A stretch of 64,000 bases of DNA, from positions 28,458,001-28,522,000 of the forward strand of contig OZ024751.1 of assembly GCA_964016885.1 (NCBI GenBank). Reading direction: 5' to 3'. Below, piece after piece: positions 53,421 through 64,000 of the stretch; position 1 is the first letter of the stretch; each line of letters begins with the position of its first letter. This DNA is from Eledone cirrhosa (lineage: Eukaryota). Under the pieces are notes generated by a model. That model searched no databases, was not told the origin of the DNA, and saw nothing but the letters and a program-made list of their open reading frames with translations. The translations under genes were made by a program, and so were the position numbers.

Positions 53421-53533
53421 TATATGTGTATATATGTCTCTGTGTGTGTGTGAATGATTGGTTAGTATGTGCAGGATAATGTTTATGTGAGTGTAGGGGT
53501 TTGAGTGTGTGTATGTGTGTGAGCATATGTGTG

Positions 53534-53616
<83 letters not shown>

Positions 53617-53789
53617 GTGTGTGTGTGTGTGCTTGTGTGCGTATGATTGTTTAAAATGTGTAGGATTGTGTTTGTTTGAATGAATGTATGTTGAGGGTTT
53701 GAGTGCGTGAGTGTGTGTGTGTGTGTGTGTGTGCAAGAGAGATAAAGAGATTGAGACAGAGAGAGAGGGGGAGAGGGAGACAGACAGAA

Positions 53790-53828
<39 letters not shown>

Positions 53829-53972
53829 TAAGGTAAGCTATCTTGTTAAGATGATTGGCAGTTAATTGGTAATTAAGTAGACTAATTATCTTCGCAGTGC
53901 TGACAACTGCTATTTGCTACAATCATGCCTTCTCGACAACAGGGTGGAGGGGTTGGGTGGGGCAGAGAGAGA

Positions 53973-54012
<40 letters not shown>

Positions 54013-54161
54013 AGGAGATAGAGAGGGAGGAGATAGAGAGAGACATAGTGTGTGTGTGTAGTAAGGACTTTTTAGTAAGATGGGTGTAATATGCTACAAG
54101 CTGTAAGTGAGGGGTTATACGAGATTTCAATTTAGAGGCAGTGAGATTATATATATATATG

Positions 54162-54217
<56 letters not shown>

Positions 54218-54363
54218 TGAGTGTGTATGTGTGTATGTATGTAAACATGTATGCTATGTCTGTGTATATATATCCAAAACAGGGGAGCGTTCAGGACAAA
54301 GACAACGGAAAAACAGGACAATCATATATATATACACAAACATATTTATATATATATACACAA

Positions 54364-54395
<32 letters not shown>

Positions 54396-54564
54396 AGGCT
54401 GTTCCCCCCAAAAATGTATATACACTTCAACAGCAGACTAATAAATATTGCCTGTACAGGTAATATATATATACTGGGGTGGTGCGAGTGTGAGGGTGCG
54501 ACTTGTTGCTATTTCTTTGTTTATTTATTTATTGATATTGGTTTATTTTATATTATTTAGATGA

Positions 54565-55035
54565 AGAGCGGTGGATTGGCAGTATCGGTAGAGGGTCGGA
54601 CGCCATGCTTTGTAGCACAGAGTTACGGCCGTTTACGATCTGAGTTCAAATCCCGCCGAGGTTAACTTTGCCTTTCATCCTTACGGGGTCAATAAAATAA
54701 AGCACCAGTAATGCACTGGCGTCGATTTAATTGACTTCCCCTCCCATACCCCCCCCCCAAATGTTTATAAGCGTCTCCACGCTAGCATGGGTGAGACAGG
54801 AACTGTCCCACTTGAGGCAAGATAGGACGGGTGGCCGTGTCTCGCTCGTAGATGCACAATACACCGCTGTATAACTATAATAATAATTGTTTCTACAGGG
54901 TCAGTATTTATCCCTGGTACTTTATTTTATCGACCACGTAAGGATGAAAGGCAACGTTAAACACGGCAGGATTTGAACGTAAATGGCCATAACTCTATGC
55001 TGCAAAGCATGGTGTCTGATATTCTACCGATACTG
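54565..55035. mobile_element. Inverted pair of main SINE copies (54565-54745 plus, 54884-55035 minus)
   Basis: Head and core motifs on both strands, about 140 bp apart. Confidence 0.8.
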
Positions 55036-55246
55036 CAAAACGTCAGACAAGATTTGAAATCAGGAATTAAATGTGCGATGGCGATTGTCGTCAGTTCTAC
55101 CTTGAGCTGTTGCTCTAATACCAGACGTGAACACCTGCTCAAGTAATTCTACTGCAAAACAGATGTTCCTATAACATTCTTACCACGCAAACACTTATTC
55201 ACTTTGACACAAATTTCCCGGAGAGTTAAACCCAACCCACGCGTAC

Positions 55247-55296
<50 letters not shown>

Positions 55297-55460
55297 ATAA
55301 TAATAAATTTGAAGACTAAAATCCAAAGAGGGCTCGATAAGGATAAATATTCTTTGCTTAAACTTTAATCTGTTATTTTAATAAAAAAAAAATATATATA
55401 TATATGTGTATATATATATATATATATGTGTATATATATATATATGTGTGTGTGTATGTG

Positions 55461-55537
55461 ACGAAGGAAGTGTGGTAAGGAACCAGATGGACCATAACGC
55501 ACCTGAGTACTCAATACTTAGGGTAGTAGAGTGGGTA
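55461..55537 (-). mobile_element. Family A tail fragment (partner inverted piece at 55894-55936)
   Basis: ACGAAGGAAGTGTGGTAAGGAACCAGATGGACCATAACGCACC... matches family A. Confidence 0.7.
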
Positions 55538-55554
55538 AAAAGAAAATGTTTAAT

Positions 55555-55603
<49 letters not shown>

Positions 55604-56054
55604 ATAAAACAACTGTGTGATGTCGGGGGGACACGAGAATGAGTACACAATACCGAAGCAGTGTTTAATGTCACCTTTATCAGGTGACACTCCAGTATAA
55701 CAAAAGCCAGCCATTAACCATCGCGACACACTCACACGTGTAGAAACAATTACTAAATGTAATACTACAACGATGACATAACAGAGAGAAACGCAAGGAC
55801 ATGCATTGCATGTCAACTTATTCAGCTTGCAATATATATATATATATATATACACTATATATATATGTGTGTGTGTAAGTGTGTGTGGGTGGGTAACGGC
55901 CGGAGCTCAGCCGTCGGGGTCTTGACTCTTTTCCTATATATATATATATATATCGAGAGTCGATCGACTTTCGTCAAATCGGATCGAGGAAACAATGTTT
56001 CCATTAGTCTTTCCAATTGCTAATACTATCTATCGGTCGCAACTCCAGGTAGAA

Positions 56055-56176
56055 GGAGCAACGTGAAATAAAGTGTCTTGCCCAAGGACATTACGCATCG
56101 CCCGGTTCGGGAATCGAACTCACAACCTTACGATTGCGAATCCACTTATCTTACCCACTCAGCCACGCGCCTTCAC
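56055..56176 (-). mobile_element. CORE-type tRNA SINE 5' part
   Basis: Homologous to 32630-32752, B-box GTTCGATTCC. Confidence 0.78.
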
Positions 56177-56202
56177 ACACATATACATATATACATATAT
56201 AT

Positions 56203-56274
<72 letters not shown>

Positions 56275-56275
56275 T

Positions 56276-56316
<41 letters not shown>

Positions 56317-56319
56317 GTA

Positions 56320-56368
<49 letters not shown>

Positions 56369-56605
56369 GTTTGTGTGTGTGTGTAAATATATATATATAT
56401 ATATATAGGTATGTGTGTGTGTGTATATATATATATAGGTATGTGTGTGTGTATATATATATGTATAGGTATGTGTGTGTATAATACACTAGGGGAACAG
56501 GCATGTGATCCCTGTAAATCGTATCTCTATTGATAACACAATTTAAAGGTTTAAAATTGCTTTTATTACAAGAACGTACACATACTCTCACTCTTTCTCT
56601 TATTC

Positions 56606-56643
<38 letters not shown>

Positions 56644-57049
56644 CGACTCTCTATCTCTAACTCTCTTATTCCTTCTCTCTCTGACTCTCTCCCTCTCTAT
56701 CTCTCTCTGACTCGTTCCTACCTACTCAGTTCTCATCGAACCCCCCCCCCCCCCTCTCTATATGTATATATCTCTCTCTCTGTTTCACTTTATGAATGAA
56801 GAATGTTCTCGGTTGCTAACATACGTGACTGCTGTTGCATTTGTTGGTGGTGCAGATAGTGCAGGGCGTTGGAGTGGGGTGGGGTGGGGTGAGGAGGGGA
56901 TGGTGGGGGTACTGCTGCAATTACAGCAGGTTGCAATGGCGAGGTGCATGTGCTGTAATGGAGATGGCATGGTGGAGCTGGTGTTTGGTATGTGTATATA
57001 CGTGTATATATACATACATATATATATATACATGTATATATATATATAT

Positions 57050-57140
57050 AACGAAGAAAGTATGGTAAGGGGCCAGGTGGACCATAACGCACCAGAGTAC
57101 TCAATACTTTGCTCAGTCGTCGGAGTTCTGACTATTTTCA
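57050..57140 (-). mobile_element. Family A fragment with inverted terminal piece
   Basis: Tail sequence joined to an inverted GCTCAGTCGTCGGAGTTCTGACTATTTTCA. TA flanks. Confidence 0.65.
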
Positions 57141-57161
57141 TATATATATATATATATATGA

Positions 57162-57367
<206 letters not shown>

Positions 57368-57467
57368 CCGGTTTACTATTTTCATGCCAAGTTTTACCAA
57401 AGTGCTCAATGAACGTCAATATGATATATAACATGATACGAAATATGTAGTGGTGGTGGTGGTGAGG

Positions 57468-57515
<48 letters not shown>

Positions 57516-57786
57516 ACTCAATTAAAAAGAGAAAAAGACCATTTGCCAAATAATTCAATAATTAATTTACTTTCATCAAATAGCTTCCAGTGAAGTAATT
57601 AAAGCAAGTGTTACAAACTTTCGGGTCCTCTTCTCTCTATGGATGTATATATATATATATATATATGTACACTCACATATATATATATATATGTACACAC
57701 ACAGTTATACACACATACACACACAAATATATGTGTGTATATATATACATATAAACATATCCGTATATATATATATACACACTCGC

Positions 57787-57817
<31 letters not shown>

Positions 57818-57854
57818 TATTCAAATACATATAGATATGAATATATACATGCAT

Positions 57855-57961
<107 letters not shown>

Positions 57962-58152
57962 TCTATATCTATATGAGTATGAGTGTATTGTCTTCAGGCT
58001 ATTTCCTTACATAGGAAGTATCTCTTATAGCAGAATAATGGTAGACATATCATAAGATAATTATGACTGACACGCACAAGATGTATGATAGCCTTTATAC
58101 TAATGGGATATATATATATATATATATATAATACATATATATATAATACATA

Positions 58153-58270
58153 TAATTGTTTCTACTTTAGGCACAAGGCCACCAATTACCCAGTGCATTA
58201 CTGGTACTTTATTTTATCGACCCCGTAAGGATGAAAGGCAAAGTCAACCTCGGCGGGATTTGAACTCAGA
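58153..58270 (-). mobile_element. Main SINE
   Basis: ACTGGTACTTTATTTTATCGACCCCGTAAGGATGAAAGGCAAAGTCAACCTCGGCGGGATTTGAACTCAGA. Confidence 0.85.
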
Positions 58271-58315
58271 TTACATATAATACATATATATATATATATA
58301 TATATAATACATATA

Positions 58316-58380
<65 letters not shown>

Positions 58381-58384
<4 letters not shown>

Positions 58385-58539
58385 AACCAGTAAGACCCCG
58401 ACGGCTGAGCTCAAGCCGTTTCGACGGCTTGAGCTCAGCCGTCGGGGTCTTACTGGTTCCTATTACCCACTCTACTACCTCAAGTATTGAGTACTTTGGT
58501 GCGTTATGGTCCACCTGGTTCCTTACCACATTTCCTTCG

Positions 58540-58542
<3 letters not shown>
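58381..58542 (+). mobile_element. Family A copy with a perfect 39-bp-arm palindrome
   Basis: Arms 58381-58419 and 58424-58462, loop TTCG, tail to CCTTCGTTA(TA)n. Confidence 0.8.
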
Positions 58543-58578
<36 letters not shown>

Positions 58579-58589
58579 AACAATATATC

Positions 58590-59434
58590 GTTAAAGGTAA
58601 TCCGATAAGAGGTTGTAAAAACTACTTATCATGGATAGTTTAAGCGTACGGTGCTGTGTGACTCAACAAGAGGTTTACGTGGATGACGAGTTTATGACTT
58701 CACTTGTCTTCCTATGTAAGTACATCTTGGAGTAATAAAATGGAAAAAGTGAAGAATAACATGGTCAAGAGTATAAACAAGGAAATTTATTTACAATTGT
58801 TTCTATGATGGAGTTGTCTAAAAATTGCTAAACACTGAAGTTAGTGGCACTCAATTAAAAAACATGCAACCTTTATCATTTCGTCAGAGAACTGAGAAAA
58901 AATACAAAATATATGCGTAACGGTAAATTTATAAATTCAAACTACTACATCAATAATAATATTAATAATAAAGATATAGAGAGAAATAAAGGAAGGGGGA
59001 CAGATGGAAAGGAGGAGGAAAAAGAAAGACGAAAGATAAAACGGAAATACAGTTAAATGCATAACCGGCAAAATTACGAAATCAAACTATAACATCAAAT
59101 TAAAGATAATATTAATAATAAAGATACAGATAGAAAGAAAAGAGGGGGTAGATGTATTAGAAGTAGGGAAGGAAAAGAAGGATGAATAAGGAAAAAGAGA
59201 AAGAGATAGAGAAAGATGAAGAAGGAAAAGGAAAGCAGGTAGAGACAGTAATTGTTGATGAATACAGGCAGAGATAGGATGGAGAGAAGGAGGAAGATAA
59301 GGAGGTTGCATGTATTTTAAATTGAGTGCCACTAACTTCAGTGTTTAGCAATTTTTAGACAACTCCATCATAGAAACAATTGTAAATAAATTTCCTTGTT
59401 TATACTGTTGACCATGTTATTCCTTCACTTTTTC

Positions 59435-59439
<5 letters not shown>
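58590..59439. mobile_element. TA-flanked fold-back element, probably PLE-like (arms 58739-58872 and 59303-59439)
   Basis: About 135-bp inverted arms. An isolated CUGACGA lies on the minus strand at 58881-58887. One arm continues into a unique tail. Confidence 0.55.
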
Positions 59440-59507
<68 letters not shown>

Positions 59508-59545
59508 TATATATTATATATATATATATATTATATATATATATT

Positions 59546-59576
<31 letters not shown>

Positions 59577-59740
59577 TATACCAATATATATGTGAATCGT
59601 TTGGGAGTAGAGAGAGTGGGGTGCAGCTTTCTAAATGTATTTATAGTTATATAGAATTTATAACCACATTGGTCTATAGTTTCCAGTCTGTTCTAGATTT
59701 CTGATGTATGTTTGTATGCATGTATGTATGAATGTATATA

Positions 59741-60055
59741 AAGGGCGAAGGAACTCAGCAGAGTCAACGGCCATCCAAATAGTACTTTTTCTTTTCTTAA
59801 CCTTTTCTAGGAGAGGGAAACTTTGAAAAAAAAATCTGCGGCTTCGGAAGCATCCAATGATATTGACTAGTTCTCATTTTCGGGTAGTGTTTGTGATGCT
59901 CAGAGAATGGGATTGGTCAAGTGCAAGGCCTTTCCCCACTTAAAAAACCTTCAAAGCACAGACATTTCTTGCTCAGGGTCAGTTACAGGTTTGTGTGACA
60001 AGCCCTGAAAAGCGATTGCAGTACTCTTAGCAGAGTTTGCAGCCATCATGTATGT
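59741..60055 (+). mobile_element. Probable RTE-related non-coding segment (5' UTR-like) ending in the same GCAGCCATCATGTATGT terminus
   Basis: Unique sequence between TGTA tracts, absent from the paralogous site near 63.4 kb. Its 17-nt end is identical to 61235-61251. Confidence 0.5.
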
Positions 60056-60076
60056 GTATATGTATGTATGTATGTG

Positions 60077-60108
<32 letters not shown>

Positions 60109-60170
60109 TGTATGTATGTATGTATGTATGTATGTATGTATGTATGTATGTATGTGTATATGTATGTATA

Positions 60171-61117
60171 TGGATGTGTCTCAGACGGATCCATGGCGTT
60201 CACTGGAGGGACCACATCAGTGATGTCGAGATTTTGGAAAGCTCTATGTGTGACAGTATAGAAGCTCTTGTGCTTAAGCAACGACCCCGTTGGAGTGGTC
60301 ACCTTGCCAGGAAGAAGGATTCTAGAATACCAAAACAACTCTTTTATGGAGAGTTCGTTAAAGGAAAACGACCGCCACATAAACCAACAAAGAGGTATAA
60401 GGATTCCTTGAAAGCCTCTCTGAAAGACGCTAACATCTCTGCTGATACATGGGAAAATATTGCTGCTGATCGTAATAAATGGAGAAAGACTGTATATGAG
60501 GGAAAAGTTGCCTTTGAGGCATCTCGAATCGCATACGAGAAAGTAAAGCGGAATGTGAGGATGGGCATTGCTGTTGCACTTCCAGACGGCGAGGGTCCTC
60601 CTATGGTGCTGACATGCAGCATCTGTGCGAGACTCTGCCTCAGCAAAGCTGGACTCGAAAGTCATCTTCGTAGTCATAAAGTAACACCAGTGGTTGACTA
60701 CCAGGCTGCTGTTGGAGATGCTACTCATCATGCCTGCCAAGCATGTGGTAGAGAATGTAAATCAGCAGGAGGGCTCAAACGAATTGCAAAAGTACATCAA
60801 ATCCAGCCACAGCCGACTATTCCCAGTGAATGTTTTGGTTGCCGACTCTGTGCAAGACATTTTAGATCATTGGCTGGTCTAAAAAGCCACATTCGATCGC
60901 AGCGCTGTTAGTGGCTATCGTATGTGTGTGTGTGTGTGTGTGTATAGATATGTTTATGTGTGTGCGTGTATGTGTATATATATATATGTATATGTATATT
61001 ATTATTGTTGTTGTCGTTATTATTATTGTTGTTATTATTATTATTATTATTGTTATTAATGTATGTGTGTGTGTATATGTATGTGTGTGTATATATGTAT
61101 GTGTATATGTGTATATA

Positions 61118-61150
<33 letters not shown>

Positions 61151-61251
61151 CTTTTTTTAATTTTTATTTTCTTTTTTATTTATTTATTAATTTTTTTTTC
61201 TCCTCGTGCAATAGCCATACTCGATAACGAGGGGGCAGCCATCATGTATGT
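60171..61251 (+). mobile_element. 5'-truncated RTE-clade LINE: post-RT domain with three C-terminal C2H2-like zinc fingers (ORF 60171-60911)
   Basis: CLRRIHGVHWRDHISDVEIL...RWSGHLAR..DSRIPKQLFYGE..GKRP.HKPTKRYKDSLK...WENIAADRNKWR is the RTE/BovB-type C-terminal signature. The 3' UTR is interrupted by microsatellites and ends GCAGCCATCA(TGTA)n. Confidence 0.9.
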
Positions 61252-61282
61252 ATGTAAATGTATGTATGTATGTGTGTATGTG

Positions 61283-61314
<32 letters not shown>

Positions 61315-62120
61315 TGTATGTATGTATGTGTATATTCATGTATTATGTATGTATGTATGTTTGTTCTTCTGGTTTTATAATTTCGCAAATTTTTGCCAAT
61401 AGAGAGAGAGTCGGTTTCTAACATAGACACAAGACTCTCTCGTTGGAATTTACACTGCTAGCTTTGCCTTTTGTTCTTTCAGGGTTGATAAAATAAAGTA
61501 CCAGTAATGCACTTGGGTAGGTCTAATCAACTTTCCCTTCTCCCAAAATTACTGGCCTTTTGCCTAAATCATAAACCATTATTATTGTTAGAGTACCTCA
61601 TACCTTAGCAAAGAAACATCTGTTACTTCAGATTGAAGTAACACATTTAGATACATTTCAGGTTTATTACTATTGTTGTTGTTAATTATCATTATCATTA
61701 ATACTTTAATTAGTGGCTAATAAAGAAATGTTTATTAATATTGAGAGAAAAGGAATCTATCGGTATTTGTTTCTCTCCTGTATATATATATATATATACA
61801 TATGTCTGTATATAAATAGGGAGACACAAAGCAGGCTTTATTTACAAAAGGTTAGCAAATTTGAAAATTAGCTAGTAACATATGTTTACGCTGTATTTGA
61901 CTCCATAGAATTAGTTTGTTAGTTTGGATTTAAAAAACTCTTTGAATGAAAACAAAAGAATGGGTTCATGACCCCTGTATGTCAAAACTCATCCTGTTTT
62001 CCATTCAAAGGGGTTTTTTTTAAAATCCCAACTAACAGACTAATTCTATGTAGTCAAACACAGGGTAAGCACAAGTTACTACCTAATTTTATATATACAT
62101 ACATATATATATATATATAT

Positions 62121-62199
<79 letters not shown>

Positions 62200-62545
62200 T
62201 AGAAATCCATAGATGTAAGATCAAGGATCTGCCAGTCTGTTGCAAGAGAGCTTATTTAGTACAAAGAAAGTTTCATATACTTAACATGTGGGTCAGTTTT
62301 ATAAGTGTCTCTCCCAATATACAGTGGTGTCCATAATTGGACCCCAAAACCAATGGTAGCACATACATGTTAAGTGCATGAACTTTATACTCTATACGTA
62401 TATATATATATATATACTAACAAAATTAAATTAAAGATGCCATGTCTGAGAATATCAGAAACATACGCCATATCACCTGTGGAATAAGCTCAAAGATTCC
62501 AAGTAGTAAATCCGAGCATTTATTAACATTAAATTAAAAGTTGAA

Positions 62546-62607
<62 letters not shown>

Positions 62608-62660
62608 AACACATCAAACAATCACATGGGGTAATTTGTAAAATTCACATATATAAGCAC

Positions 62661-62735
62661 ATGGAGCAGTGCCCGGATTTACTTGTGCCATCAGATAAAA
62701 CGGGTAACTTATACAGGCTTGACCACAAAACATAT
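62661..62735 (+). pseudogene. Fragment of a Penelope-like reverse transcriptase N-terminal region
   Basis: DLLVPSDKTGNLYRLDHKTY resembles the PLE (A/S)DKTxNxY motif upstream of the RT core. An isolated CUGAUGA lies nearby at 63116-63122. Confidence 0.55.
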
Positions 62736-63135
62736 ATACACAAACACACACACATATATATATATATTTCTCTCTCTCGTCTACGATTCCACAGAACTTA
62801 TGTTCACCGAATTCACAGACTAGATCCCTTCTTCCTCCCGTTAGACCTGTACGGAATTCCCTCCTTGCTCACATTCCAACCAGGTTTGATGGTCTTTATT
62901 CTCTCTCGTTCACGATTTCACCGAACTTATATTCATGGAAATTTGGGACTTGACTCGTTCTTCCTCACTTTTCGTTGCTTCACCATCTTTGTTTGTTTAC
63001 ACTCTCGTGTCCCCTTTATTTACGTATCCCAACGACTTCTTTTAGCCGTTGCTCGCACCAACCGGAGGTATATGGTCTTTAAAGCGATGAAATACCAATG
63101 ATGGTTGGAAGATCACTGATGAAGGACTAACTTTA

Positions 63136-63241
<106 letters not shown>

Positions 63242-63427
63242 TCGTTTTGGAGTAGAAAGGGTGAAGTGCAGCTTTCTAAATTTATTTATAGTTATATATA
63301 ATTTATAACCACACAGGTCTGTAGTTTCCAGCCTGTTCTAGATTTCTGATATATGTTTGTATGTATGTGTGTGCATGTATATGTATGTGTGTATGTGATG
63401 TATGTATGTATGTGCATATATGTGTTA

Positions 63428-63590
63428 TGACCCTTTACGTTCTGAGTTGAAATCCCACCGAGGTTAGCTTTGCCTTTCGTTCTTTCGGGGTTGATAAAAT
63501 AAAGTCCCAGTAATGCACTTGGGTAGGTTTAATCAACTTTCCCTTCTCCCAAAATTACTGGCCTTTTGCCTAAATCATAAACCATTATTA
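63428..63590 (+). mobile_element. Main SINE inside a local duplication (paralogue 61459-61580)
   Basis: Core motif, with flanks shared with the 61.5 kb copy. Confidence 0.8.
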
Positions 63591-63788
63591 TTGTTAGAGT
63601 ACCTCATACCTTAGCAAAGAAACATCTGTTACTTCAGATTGAAGTAACACATTTAGATACATTTCAGGTTAATTACTATTGTTGTTGTTAATTATCATTA
63701 TCATTAATACTTTAATTAGTGGCTAATAAAGAAATGTTTATTAATATTGAGAGAAAAGGAATCTAACGGTATTTGTTTCTCTCCTGTG

Positions 63789-63896
<108 letters not shown>

Positions 63897-64000
63897 AATA
63901 GGGAGACACAAAGCAGGCTTTATTTACAAAAGGTTAGCGAATTTGAAAATTAGGTAGTAACTTATGTTTACGCTGCATTTGACTCCCAAAAGACCTTTTG

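Noticed and set aside
60027-60740. 237-aa minus-strand ORF
   Set aside because: Antisense shadow of the RTE ORF plus a TACA repeat.

Overview
AT-rich, microsatellite-saturated animal DNA, most likely octopus (inferred from the SINE, Dong/R4 and RTE repertoire and the (TA)n density). The only host gene I can support is the terminal coding exon of a ONECUT homeobox gene on the minus strand (26779-27068), which the ORF track misses. It has the atypical F48/M50 homeodomain, a phase-1 acceptor before ACKRKE and a TCTKS* end. No CUT-domain exon was found, so 27069-64000 is probably one intron of more than 37 kb, and the SINE-free stretch below 26778 is a candidate long 3' UTR with miR-124 seed matches. 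Nearly all ORFs in the track are microsatellite artefacts. The most interesting signal is seven recognisable type I hammerhead ribozyme cores from about six unrelated Penelope-like fragments sitting in TA-rich tracts. Many of these fragments are fold-back inversions with a fixed boundary, followed a few nt later by an ACTC-N12-17-GAGT(G/A)C motif shared across families. Two hammerheads are sense to the onecut pre-mRNA. Three retroelement classes appear to partition different microsatellites: PLE in (TA)n, Dong/R4 in (TAA)n and RTE in (TGTA)n. Repeat boundaries are approximate and were read by eye.
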